DNA of 64,000 nucleotides from Novakomyces olei (taxonomy: Eukaryota), in assembly GCA_016906335.1 (NCBI GenBank), contig JADEYG010000004.1:248001-312000 (forward strand). Direction: 5' to 3'. Position numbers and translations under genes: made by a program. Of this stretch, positions 1 to 12,030 are shown in pieces. The notes beneath the pieces are model-generated. The model was not told where the DNA came from, did no database searches, and saw nothing but the letters and a program-made list of their open reading frames with translations. Each line of letters opens with the position of its first letter. The stretch's first letter is position 1.

Positions 1-472
1 CTTTCTTGTCGTACTTTGGTTGGCCCCGACCAAACGGTAGCTTTTCCGCCTGTGATCCCATACGGAGACGATAGTATTTTTCGACCTGACGATTGGAAAA
101 TGCCTTTTTCAAGCGCGTTAAGAGTGCCTTGTATTCAATATGAGTCAGTTTGGTTTCTTGAGGCCGGTAGCTGTCCAATGCTCGAAACGCATCTTCATCA
201 CTTTGATTCTTTTTTTTCCCATCAAAATCCTTGAAGACAGCACGAGTAAACTCATGGGCCTCTTTGCTGCGGCTGTAATCCGGCTGAAGTGCAGTTTTAT
301 CTGTTTTGGGAGGCTTTGGCTCTTGATTGCTTCGCATTGGCATAATCAAAAGACTGTGCTTTTCTCCAAGAACTGATGACGCTCGCCGTTGCTGCAGACA
401 TTGTGGACTTGTACGCCGCCGTGCTTTCAGCCACTGCCATGCCGCTGCAGACGGTGTCCCGCGCTTTAGCAT
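1..472 (-). CDS. N-terminal part of a probable mitochondrial SLS1-like inner-membrane regulator (runs off window edge)
   Basis: Open frame from ATG at 472 to base 1, absent from the ORF track: MLKRGTPSAAAWQWLKARRR...ALDSYRPQETKLTHIEYKALLTRLKKAFSNRQVEKYY. Arg-rich mitochondrial-type presequence. The 'RP...L...L...FS..Q...Y' pattern resembles the SLS1 N-domain from memory. Confidence 0.5.
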   Translation of the reverse strand, partial: MLKRGTPSAAAWQWLKARRRTSPQCLQQRRASSVLGEKHSLLIMPMRSNQEPKPPKTDKTALQPDYSRSKEAHEFTRAVFKDFDGKKKNQSDEDAFRALDSYRPQETKLTHIEYKALLTRLKKAFSNRQVEKYYRLRMGSQAEKLPFGRGQPKYDKK

Positions 473-1694
473 TCGCTTTCGTCTTTGAGCCGAATTGCCT
501 ATCGAGAAATTCGATTAATTTGCATTGATATTTAATTTTTACTATTTTTTTATTATTGTCATTTAATTGCCAATTAATAATTAATTAAAACTGAATAATT
601 TGCAACAAACTTTCGATTATAATATAATATAATGTAGTATTTCTGTATGATGCTATATGCTTAAAGCTCAGCTAAATATGAACGAGTTATAATTTCTCCA
701 ATTTGATTACGATTTTCTCGTTCAATTGTCGTTCATCGCAATGAATCCAATTGCATTGTTAATGTCTTATTTATATCTACGCCGCCCACGCGTAACCACA
801 TAACAAATTTGGACTTGGCATTGACTAGTACCGCAACATAATCACGTCCTAGTGGCAGTCGGAGACACGGATCGCTGTGGTTTCGTAGCCTAAACCTAAT
901 ATCATTTGAGAGAGAGTGACGCAGTCAGTGGAAATAGTATGTAAAGTTACGTGCGTACACAGTAGGAAATGCCCTGCTACGCAGATAGATACACTTACCG
1001 TTACTTGGTCGCGATACGCCAAGGCCTATAACATTCTATTATGTCACAAACAGGCACAATATTACATGTCGACTAGCGTGGTCTTAACCTCAAAAATTTA
1101 TCCACGCCTCAAACGTTCGCCTTCCCTTCCATCTCGCTCTTATCGACAGAGGAGAAGCATTTGTTGGTTTCTTACTGTTCGCTACAGAGCAGTTAAATTT
1201 GCGTGGCTTTATTGTTTTCGTTGCTTGCTGCGTGTACTGCTGCTTTGCGTTTTGCGCCTTCCATTCTCATCCTTTTGCGCGTAATCGCCATATTTGCCCT
1301 TTATTGTTTTAGCTTTGGCTTTCCAGCCTTTGTTTAACATTGCTCGTGCCTGTGATCGAGTGTAGTACAAAACGGGGCAAAGTCGACTGTGTGGAAAACG
1401 TACTGGCGTTGTCGTTTTTCCTGTTTGATCTGTTTTACTGCTAAAAGAGCGAAACTCGGAACCGTGTCGTGTCATCTCGTTTTCGCGTTATACCTTGTCC
1501 CGCCGAAGCAATCGTTTGCCGTGAACAGGAGAGCCGTATCTCGATCCATCGGTTCGTGTTTGTCTTGCTGACGACCGTTCTATACTCGCATCTCTGCTCA
1601 ATCAGCGCAGCAAGGATCTAGTACGTTTGATCTCTGGAAAAAAATAAAGTCTGTTCCAGTGAGCAAGGGCTGATACTCAACACCAATCGTAACA

Positions 1695-3116
1695 ATGTCT
1701 TTTGCTTATGATAACCCCGGAGTCACTGCTCCCACTGGCAGTGGCGGGTCTGGTGCATCGATCACTCAGGGCGGGTCTGCCGTGGACAGTCCCGTAAACT
1801 CTACCTTTGGAGGTGCAGCTGCTGGAGCGGCTAGTGCCGCTCCATCTGCAGGAGCCGCTGGCAAGGCTACGCCACCACCTCAATCCTCCTCGAGCGTTGG
1901 CGGTGACCAGAAAAACACGCTGTGGATGGGTGAACTTGAATCCTGGATGGATGAAGCCTTTGTCCGCCAGCTCTGGTATTCATTGGGCGAGCAGGTCAAT
2001 GTCAAAGTTATCCGTGACAAGTTTACCGGGTCTAATGCGGGCTATTGCTTTGTGGAGTTCAACTCCCCGCAGGCAGCGACAAAGGCACTCAACCTCAACG
2101 GAACGCCAATGCCCAATACCAACCGCCCTTTCAAGCTCAACTGGGCCAGTGGTGGAGGACTGCTGGATCGTAGGGACGATCGTGGACCCGAGTACTCTAT
2201 TTTTGTTGGCGATCTGGGATCTGAGGTTAATGAGTATATGCTCGTCACCGTCTTCCAGTCACGCTACCCTTCGTGCAAGTCGGCAAAGATAATGACGGAT
2301 CCGATGACGGGAATTTCTCGTGGCTACGGATTTGTCAGGTTCTCTGATGAAGTTGATCAGCAGCGTGCTCTCACAGAAATGCAGGGTGCTTACTGCGGAC
2401 AGAGGCCTATGCGGATTTCTACAGCCACGCCTAAAAACAAGTCTCAGAATATAAACGCTATGGGCATGCTGCACATGGGAATGCCTCCGCTCGGATTTTA
2501 TGGGGCCCCTCAGCCAATGAACCAGTTTACTGATCCCAACAACACGACTGTCTTTGTTGGTGGGCTTTCGGGGTACGTCACTGAAGACGAATTGCGCAGT
2601 TTCTTCCAGGGATTCGGTGAGATTACGTACGTCAAGATCCCGCCTGGGAAGGGCTGTGGCTTCGTACAGTTTGTACAACGCCATGCTGCAGAAATGGCTA
2701 TCAACCAGATGCAAGGGTACCCCATTGGAAACTCTCGAGTTAGATTATCTTGGGGCCGTAGTCAGAACAATTCTGGACCCGCAGGCACTCCTTACCGGCC
2801 AGCCCCTCCACCGCCAGTTTATCCTTCCATGGCAATGGCTCCTCAACACCACTTTTCACCTTTTGCTCCCTTGAATCCTCAGGCAGCTGCAGCTGCTGCT
2901 GCGGCTGCTGCCCAACAACATATTCCAGGGCAACAGCCAGGAGCACAGGCCTTGTCTAATGGCCAGCCAGCTCCTGGTCAACTGCCTCAGGATCCTATGG
3001 AGCCGATCCCGGTTGCCCGCCTAAATGAGCTTTACTCGGCTGCCCGAGATGGAAGACTGGATAGATTGGACGCAGAAAGCCGTCCTATCCACCCTGTTCA
3101 CTATGGCAACTTTTAG
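1695..3116 (+). CDS. NAM8: Triple-RRM RNA-binding protein, Nam8/Ngr1/Csx1 family
   Basis: Single 473-aa ORF with three RRMs (TLWMGELE..AGYCFVEF; SIFVGDLG..RGYGFVRF; TTVFVGGLS..KGCGFVQF) and the family motif RVRLSWGRS. Confidence 0.9.
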   Translation: MSFAYDNPGVTAPTGSGGSGASITQGGSAVDSPVNSTFGGAAAGAASAAPSAGAAGKATPPPQSSSSVGGDQKNTLWMGELESWMDEAFVRQLWYSLGEQVNVKVIRDKFTGSNAGYCFVEFNSPQAATKALNLNGTPMPNTNRPFKLNWASGGGLLDRRDDRGPEYSIFVGDLGSEVNEYMLVTVFQSRYPSCKSAKIMTDPMTGISRGYGFVRFSDEVDQQRALTEMQGAYCGQRPMRISTATPKNKSQNINAMGMLHMGMPPLGFYGAPQPMNQFTDPNNTTVFVGGLSGYVTEDELRSFFQGFGEITYVKIPPGKGCGFVQFVQRHAAEMAINQMQGYPIGNSRVRLSWGRSQNNSGPAGTPYRPAPPPPVYPSMAMAPQHHFSPFAPLNPQAAAAAAAAAAQQHIPGQQPGAQALSNGQPAPGQLPQDPMEPIPVARLNELYSAARDGRLDRLDAESRPIHPVHYGNF

Positions 3117-4545
3117 GGAAGTCTAGTCAAAAGGCGAAGAATGGACTTGATTCTTCCCTACTACTTTAGTTTTATTTATTTTATTTTTCCAAGTCTCTCA
3201 ACATTTTATTACTGGCATGTGTATGAGTTTGCATTGTTTCTACATGTATTTTCATCGTTTTTATATGCTGCACTTTACACTTGTCCAACTGTACATCTCG
3301 AATACTCGGGTCATTCTTGTAATGCTTGAAATATACTCTGAACCATACTGTATTACGTTTCCCCGCTATCGAGTTTTCCTCTTGTTTTAGAGGAAAAAGA
3401 GTATTTATTGGATTGCGCTCATTCTTCTTTTGCTTGCGGCTCATTCTCGCAGCCCTCTTTTTCTCCAACATCAGACACGTATAACGAATTAGTTTTCAAA
3501 GCATGTTTTATCATTTCACAAGTGTTTATGCAGCATTGCAAAGTCAGGGAGTGATTTATAGTTTGCGTTGTGTCAGAAAAAGGTTTATTTTATTGATGAA
3601 TTTATTCATTATCGATCAGTTTACTCATATTGCCCAGTTCATTCGTTTGTCAAGCTCATTCGTTTGTTGACCTCCAAAAATTGATTACTTTTTATATCGC
3701 GAGTTAATTCGTTCAATCATTTCTCCGGTACTTTGACAATCATCTCGTTTCCTTTTATTTCCGGTGCCACCATCACGAGTTTTTTGACTTTTTTCAATGG
3801 GAATTCTACACGGTTACACGCTGTACGTCATCCTTTATGCAATCTGCAGCAGTCCAGCTTTGACGTTGTATTCCCTGCCATTGTCGTACTACGTCTGCAT
3901 ACATATCACTCGTCCCTGCGGCTGTTCATATCACTGTTATGGTCTACAAGTATGCATGACTGTGTTTTGTGTTGGCGTTTGTTAAATACTCTGGGAGGAT
4001 TGCTTTTAGTTCCAATTATTTCTCGTTCCAATTATTTCTCGTTTCGCTCAACTTCTTTACTGTGCTTGAATACCTTTTTGCGTCTCCCTCCTCATAGGTT
4101 CTATGCACTACCAACGGTCTCGTTTTCTTTACGCTCCATTGACTCTCAGTCCAGAGACTCGGGTCGCTTGTCGTCTCGATGATGGAAGCAAGTTTTAATA
4201 CGTTTTCTTCACTATTGCCTTTTATCTTTTCCGTTTAATGAGATTGTTATTGTTGCACACAATACTCGTCAATTTTCCGTTGAACAGCTTGAAAAAGTCT
4301 TTACTCTCTCGTCGTTTCAACAGTAATACACACTTTGGTATATGGCAAAGGCACTTTACCCTGTAGAGCGCTTGTAGCCTCGGATTCGTATAGGCACCGG
4401 TGCGGACAGGCCACCGGGGCGAATGTAGGGCGCTGCTTTCTATGATTGCTTTAGAGAATGGTGTAGAAATGTCTCCTTGTGGCCACGGCTCTATGGTCCA
4501 AAGTCGCGCAGATTAGACTGCATGGCTCTATGAATTACGATAAGC

Positions 4546-4790
4546 AACAAGTTGGTAAACAAGTCGATGAACAAGTCGTTAAACAAGTCGGTAAACAACA
4601 AATTGGTCATAAAAATCGGGTGCCGGTATTCATTCATTCATTTACACTATTTATAACCTATTTATTACCTATTTATTACCTATTTATTACTTATTTATAA
4701 CCTTTTTATTACCTATTTTTTACCTATTTATAACCTTTTTATTACCTATTTATTACCTTTTTATTACCTATTTATTACCTATTTATTACC
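4546..4790. repeat. Degenerate 12-bp (AACAAGTCGGTA-like) and 11-bp (TATTTATTACC) tandem repeats just beyond the RhoGEF stop codon
   Basis: Units read directly at 4546-4600 and 4647-4790. Confidence 0.85.
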
Positions 4791-4798
4791 ACTGTTGG

Positions 4799-6874
4799 TC
4801 AAATCCGAGTCCGCCGCTGCAGCGAAGCGTCCTCCCATATTCGGCTCCACTGCCGTATAGGCGCCTCCATATTCTGCGGCAGCCAGACGACACGTCTGAC
4901 TGGCGCGCTTTGTAGATCATCACGTGCTCGCCGGCACCAGACAACGACCATTCTGGCTCCGTCGTTGCCGTTCTTTGAGGACCCCCGAGCAGCAGCAGTA
5001 TCCGTCCAGGCGTCCAACGGCTCTACGCGCAGCACAACCTCTGTCGGCAGCAGGACAATCATGTCGAGCATCTTGTTGCTTGGGTCGCCCATAACGTACG
5101 AAGCCTTTCTCCCACCAGTAGCGGCACCCGCTGAGCCTGAAGCTCCAGAGTCTTGACGGGAAAACAGCTTTGGCCTCTGCCGGGCAGCAGTCTGTGCTGA
5201 AGGCGTATTCCTGCCCCAAACGACTATGCCGTCGTCACAGAGCACACAGCAGTCTGGATCAATGCCTCGCCGGTGCTTGAGCCGGCGAGGAACTGCGCCT
5301 GACGGTTTGACGGCCATCATACTCGCCCATCCGTCATAAACGATCCGTCGAGTGGCCGAGTGCTGATCCTCAGAAGGCATCAAATCAAAGGAGCAGATAG
5401 ACGATTTAGTAAGCATTATATCACGCAAACGCATCAGGTGCATTCGCGTCTCTTTCGAGTCCTCGATCAGCCTCACTGCGGCAGTGACCGTGTTTAGGCA
5501 CTGCTCTATTGCCTCTGCGTCGCTGCTCTTGTACGGGTGCTGTTTGCGTCTGTTTGGCTCACTGCCATTGCCACTGGCAGAGCTGCCGGTGCTCTCTCCG
5601 ATGGCCTGTGTGCCTTTAGTTAGGGTTGTACACTTTTGCAGGCCTTTGGGAAGCCTCATCGTCAGTTTCAGGACGCGCTCAATCAGCAGCGGATAGCGTA
5701 GCAGTCGCTGGAATGGACAAGACATGCGCATGTTGACCGTGAGCTTGTTCACACAGGACTCGCTCACGCAGAGTGGTAAATAGTCCAGCCCGGAAACGCA
5801 GATAAGGTACTTTAAATAGGGCTCAATCAAAAGCTCAAAGTTGCGGGATACCGCCTCGACGGGTCGCCGTCGCGTGCTCATATACTGGAAATTTAGTAAA
5901 CGGCAATTGCAGATGGAAAATTAAAAAAATAATAATATAATAATAAATAATAAATAATAAATAATAAAAAAATAATAATAATTGCACCTCTTTTCTTACG
6001 TCTAGTATGTGTAAATGCTGCTGCAACAGCTCTTGAATGCTCTCTAATAATATTTGCATCACACCGCGTTCCGTATCCGTCGTCTTTTGCGGTATAATCA
6101 TATCCTAAATGCGTCAGCAAAGGCATTTAAATTGTATAATCTTATCACACATACACTCAGTAGCGATCGAAGCTCGTTTGCGTGGGTCTGTTCAGACGAC
6201 ACGATTTCCTCGAGCACACAGTTGCGTTCGTAGATTATGCGCTTTAACCCTTCAATATTTGTTTCTGTATCGCACCGCCTATTAGTTGAGAATTCAGCGT
6301 GGTGTGGCAGTCTTTTTCCGGGGCTTTGAGCACCCAAGTCTTTTCCAGCCGCGGAAGGCTCTACCGACTCTGATGACGGGTTTCCCGAGTTCAAGCTCGA
6401 CCTTTTCTCCAGCCTCTTGGGCATATTTGATAAAGATAGTGCGACATCAGGACTGGAGAATGATCTAATCGTTCCTCCATTCGAGGTGCCTTGGCTCAGT
6501 TTTTCCGTTGAGCATTCACTGCGCCGACGAATACTGAGGGGCGTTGGAGGTAGAGGCTTTTCAATCTCAAAAATCAACGGTCTCGGACCCAATGACTCTG
6601 GACTTGGCGGGGTTTGGGGTACCGCGTGTTTACTGTTAGCAGGTGGAGCTTCGGCCACAATGGGCAGAGCATTATCACTGCCATGGTCGCTCAGCTCAGA
6701 GCTAGAGCCGCTGCGTGAACTTTTGCTGCTCAGACTGTTGGAGCGCGATGCTGTATCATACACCTGGTCGCCCGTACTCCCAACAGCATCGAGTAGATCA
6801 TGAATGCTCCAACGATCAGACTGGTGTGCCGGCTGTGATTTCATGGAGCAAGTCAAGTAGATGTTTTGGTCCAT
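4799..6874 (-). CDS. Dbl-homology (RhoGEF) domain protein, 3 exons
   Basis: Introns ~6154-6105 (GTATGT..GCTGAC..TAG) and 5999-5885 (GTAAGA..ACTAAA..CAG) join the frames. DH motifs: ERNCVLEEIVSSEQTHANELRSLL and CPFQRLLRYPLLIERVLKLT. Ser/Pro-rich N-terminus. Confidence 0.8.
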
Positions 6875-8125
6875 TGTGCTATACGGTCATTTTTGAGGTA
6901 CGGATTGGACGGTTTAACAGTGCCGACACTTGAACTGGCAAGCGGTGTTTGGGAAAAGGTAATAATCGAAAAAATAATAAAATGAAAATGAAATGAAAAT
7001 GAAAATAAATTAATTAATAAATAAATAAATAAACGTCAAGGGCACAGCGTCAAGCGGGAATTAAGCAGCAACTGGCTAGAAGGGTCTACTCGATCCTTCA
7101 AATGATCAAGTCTGCAGCAGCCGAGTAGAGCACCCTTGTTGACTCTGTAATGTTCGAGTCAGGTTGAATAGACACGTGCAATTCCGCTTGATCGATCGCC
7201 TTCAGAATGGCCGACTAGTGTCTCTCCAGCGATCCGCTATCCGCCACACAAACAGCGAAAAGAAAGTCCAAGCAAGAGCAGCGCACGGCTCAAGAGTGCA
7301 AATATGCGCGACAAAAGAATGGAAATTGTACGAGTACAATTGAAAGAACGACTCTCAGAAATATATAAAATCTGTCCTGAGCTGAAATTGAGCGAAATTA
7401 GTGTGCAAATGTGCGCCGTATTCTCGGGTAAAATGGCTGGCTGATTAGCCTAATCGGGTCTAGTGTAGTGTGCGTGATAATTGTACGGCTATCGTGCTCG
7501 CACTATCGTACTGCCATTCTTATTATAACTAGCGCTGTAAGGTTTTGTAAGCAATATTACTGCAAACTCTGAGCTTTGAGCTGCTCTATAGTGTACACGG
7601 AGAATAGTGATACAATAAAGAGGATTCTGCTCGTTTTATTTACTAATCTTAAGTGCGGACAAGAATCATAGTCGCACAAACATACTCCTAAAATCATACT
7701 CCTACAATCATAGTCGTACAAACGGACCGCTTTGTCTGTGATACGCAAAGGCAGTATGCGCGTCTGTCTATTGTTTCAGTAATTTCAGCAATTTAATTAT
7801 GACGCACAGTACCAGAAAATACGTGTCTTGTCGTCTTACAGACGAATTAATGTCTCATGGCACACGCAATTTATACAATTTTGCAGAAATGGCGGTGTCG
7901 AGCATGTAGAGTTTGGTAAATATAATGTTTAAATACACGGTTCTTTGACGAGAGCAAAGCCGTACACCCAAGTTTGTGGAGTGAGAGTACACAATACGCG
8001 CGCCTTTCCACCATTTTCCTCGCAGCCTGGATTGCAGTGCAGTACGCTCATAGACTGTGCGGCCACTAGTCACACTTTTGTCAGTCAATACTTAATTGTC
8101 GCACTAATAACGTGACAGACCAGCT

Positions 8126-8134
8126 AAACCCTAA
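8126..8134 (+). promoter_or_regulatory. Telo-box-like AAACCCTAA motif upstream of the J-protein gene
   Basis: Exact motif about 155 bp upstream of ATG 8289. Similar motifs at 29389, 47512 and 50507. Confidence 0.35.
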
Positions 8135-8288
8135 TATTGTAGCCTTTTTAAGGTACGATTTACGTGCTGCAGATTTTAGTGCTGCACAAGACTGACGTGC
8201 CAGTCTTGCACGGGCCTTTTTGATGTATTTCATTGTACGTTGTAGTGCGTCGTAGGCTCAGATTTTCACGTGCCCGGAATAAGTCTAA

Positions 8289-9357
8289 ATGTCCCTGCTT
8301 GCCTCGATTCTGGCTTGGCAGTTTCTGCCGTCAATACTGACGCAGGCTCTGCTAAAGTTTCTGTACATTACAAAACTACTAATCAGCCCAAGCAATCCAC
8401 GCGCAGCGTCAAAGCACCAAAGGATCGCATTTGCAAGCGTAATTGTTGCTTTTTTCGCTTGGCAAATAAGCAATGCATTCGTTCGGGTTCACGGGCCTAC
8501 ACTGTACGACACGCTGCAAGTCCCTGCTACTGCAGACAAAGCTGAGCTAAAGTCTTCGTTTCGGAAATTGTACGTTGAAAAGAAAAAAGAAAAAAAGAAA
8601 AAAAGAAAAAAAGGAAAAAAGAAAAAGAGAAAAGTAAAGAAAAATAAAAACAAAAATTGAATCTTGTTTGTATTACAAGCACTTTCTAACTGCTACTAGA
8701 ACGCTACGCCTTCATCCTGACAAAGTGGGTGTAGGCAGCGAAGAGGCCTTTATTGCTGTTAAAAATGCCTTCAATTTGCTGTCCGACGATCGTGCACGGT
8801 TTGCTTATGATAGATTAGGTCTCGAGGCTTTATCTGGCCCAAGCGAAGTACCATCGTCGCCTGCCGAGTGTGTGCGTCTGGCGCTCTACTCCACATTTAA
8901 ATTCGCTATTTTAAACTCTATTGTGCTTTTCATTATGGCGCTGCGCGGCAATGGCTTCATGATACGATTACATTTGTTTGCTGTGACATTAGCCACAGAG
9001 GCCGCACTTATAATGTATTCGGCACCCCGATTTTTGCGATACACTGGGCTTCTCCCGTTCCAGGGCATTGAATTGCTTCGTGAATTATTTCCCGCCGTTT
9101 CTGCTGCTGCTTCGAGTCTCATACCACTTTTGACAGAGACACCGAAGCCCGTTGATGCGAGTAATTTGCTCGAGCTGCTGTCGTTAGCAAAGGCAGTTGA
9201 GCGCGAAACTGTGCTAGCCAGAAAGTCTGCTCAGACACCTTTTGGTTTGGCGGATGATTCATTGCGACAGGGAGAAATTGTCGACGCCTTGATAGACTTG
9301 GAGATTGAAAATGCAGTGCACGATGCATGCGTCTACCAGGGCATTGTTGACCGTTGA
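8289..9357 (+). CDS. Membrane-associated DnaJ-domain protein, 2 exons
   Basis: Intron 8570-8699 (GTACGT..CTAAC..TAG, A-rich) joins TLYDTLQVPATADKAELKSSFRKL to TLRLHPDKV..AFIAVKNAFNLLSDDRARFAYDR, a J domain with HPD. Hydrophobic segments flank it. Confidence 0.85.
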
Positions 9358-9684
9358 TCCAGCCCGTTTTGTTTAATTGTACTATTGTTGTTGTTTTCTT
9401 TTTAATTTCATAAAAATTCATGGGTACAATGGGCACATGGCAAGAGGAATTGCTTTTAGGGATACATGCATACAAAATAATTTGATACATCAAGGTTGGA
9501 TATTATTAAACTAGACAAATGACATAACGATAAGAGAGCAGTGAAAATAGGTTAAATGTTGGGTTGAACAATTGTTCAAATAAATCAAACAAGTTGATGA
9601 GACTGATAAAAATACTGCAAGAACAATATGATGATATATCTCTGCGATTCCTTGGTAGACACCGATCGCCGCTCTTCATATTCC

Positions 9685-11586
9685 CTAGTCCTTGTTGATA
9701 GCGGCGGTCAGCTCTGCCTGGCGGCACAGAGGCTCAGGCGCGTCCAGCATACCGAAATGAACATCGACCAATTGCAGGCCCTTGCCCTGCTCAAACTCCT
9801 TGTCCTTGAGTAAACTAACAAGTTGCTCTTCCGTCTCAATGCTGTTGTAGCTCGCCTTCTTTGCATTGAAAAGATCCAAGAATTGCTTGTGATTCCAGTC
9901 CTGAATATCATTGTACGTGGCCTCTTTCCCATGAATCATTCGCTCGATAGTGTAGCCATTGTTCTTGATAAAAAAGATTGTAATATTAAGACCGTGTCGA
10001 ACAGCCGTTGAAATTTCCTGTGCTGTTAATTGCAAACTGCCATCCCCGATAAACAGCAGGACACGCCCCTGAAAGGTTTTGATGTCAACCGAAGCAATGG
10101 CTGCGCCCACGCAAGCAGGCAGAGAGTACCCGATGCTTCCCCAGAGCACTTGAGAAATATGTAATACTTTGGGTGGGAAACGGCACTCGAGCACACCGAA
10201 ATTGGCTGTGCCCGTCTCCGTAACGATGATGTCATGAGGCTGGAAGAACGAGCCAACAGCTGTCCAGAACCATTTATGGGTAATCTTTTCAGAAGTGACA
10301 CTAAACGAACGATGATCCAAAATGCCCGTCTTTGAACTATCATGCACGGGTCTCTGCAGTTTAGAAGTATCGACTTCCTTGCGCAACCTTTCCAATACAT
10401 GCTTCATATGCACGTGGCTATACGTAGAAAACTGGACATCGACATGAGTAGAATGCAATTCCACTGTTTGCGACCGAGGGATACGGTACGAGAAGCTTCC
10501 AGTGTTGAAATCTGATTTCAAGGCGCCCACGCTGAGAATAAAATCACTCGACTCTACTCGCTCCTTGATTTCGGGCTGCGTAATGCTGCCAATGTAGACG
10601 CCACCAAAGAGACGGTGAGATTCGTCCACAGACGATTTGCCCATGGGAGTAACGAATACGGGACACTGCCAGGCCTCAACTAGCTCCTGCGTTTCCTTTT
10701 GTACTCTGTGCCTTACACAACACGCGTCACTTAATATGATAGGGTTCTTTGCGTTGTAGAGCAGCTCAAAGATGCGATTAACACATTCGTCTTCACTGTC
10801 TGGATCATTACGTGGGATAGTCAGGTCAATCGGGGTCTCCAATCGCTTTCCATCAACTTCCTTGTAGCCCATATCAGATGGGAGCATGATATAGACAGGG
10901 CGGGCAGACAAGTAACAGATTCTCAATACTTCGTCAATCTGTTCTGCCGCTTTACGTGGATCCGTAAGGTTTGCCACTGCTTCACTGACTTTGGTAAACA
11001 TATCGGCAAATACACGGAAATCGCCGTTCCCCAGTGTATGATGTAGCAGGGCACCTTCAGCTTGCGACTTTGTGCTGGGGACTCCGACTATATGCACGAT
11101 GGGTACGCGTTCACTATACGCGCCAGCCTGACCGTTGATCGCAGACCTATAAATTTAATGTTAAAATATACGGAAAACCGAACCGGTGCGATTTAATGCT
11201 TACAATTCACCCACGCCAAACTGTTACGTTAGTGCTGCTGTAAAGAAGGGAGAGGTAGTAATTTAAATCAAACGAAATTCAATAAAAGCAGTTTGAAAAA
11301 AGTAGAGGCGGGTTGATAATCAGGTGGATAATAAGCCGTATATTGCGGATATATTTTCCCTTGCTCATACCGTGGTAACCATGGCAGAAATGCCGTTGAC
11401 TCTCGCATAACCGTCTGCCCCGTAAGAAGCATTCAGCTCGTTGCAGTTGCCGACCCAATGAAAATCCCCATCGCCGACTTTCTCAATAAGATCGAGGAGT
11501 GCTAAATTGAAGTCGCCGGGGACTCCAAAGACGGAGCGCACATTAAGCTCGTAGAGCCTTCGAAAAAGATATTCGCCAATAAACAT
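9685..11586 (-). CDS. PDC: Pyruvate decarboxylase (TPP-dependent), 3 exons
   Basis: [47 protein letters not shown]...NNGYTIER. Introns 11370-11221 and 11203-11147 flank a 17-nt exon (11220-11204). TATAAATA about 55 nt upstream of the ATG. Confidence 0.95.
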
Positions 11587-12030
11587 GGCGAAGAATGCAG
11601 TCAGAGTAGGGTGTACTTGCCTGCGAGTGGGAACCAATATATTTATATACGTACAAATAATACAGTGTCGTATAATGCACTACAGATCCCTCTGCAATGT
11701 AACGCAATTCTTACGGAACTATACACGACGTCATTGATCTCCCACATGATGTTACACGGAAAAGAACGGGTGCACTCCAGCCCGGAGAAAGCCGGCTCAC
11801 GTGACACAAATGTTGAGTAACGTGCAAGATCACGATACTAATGCTGGAAAAGTGGGCTTTTACAAGTACGTCGAGATACATTAACGCCGGATCTTGCATT
11901 TGTCTCACGGTCTGGTTACGAACCCCCACGTTCCTCCCACATCTTTGCACATCTTTGCACAGTCAAACTAATGGTTAATTGCCCCATTCGTGCTGCGGCC
12001 GCCGTACAGTGTGGGCTGGCCGGATACATT

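Noticed and set aside
7070..7165. tRNA or TPP riboswitch interpretation of the structured segment
   Set aside because: A B-box-like GTTCGAGTC is present but no cloverleaf forms. GGGTGC and CTTGATC occur on the - strand but the CTGAGA core is missing.
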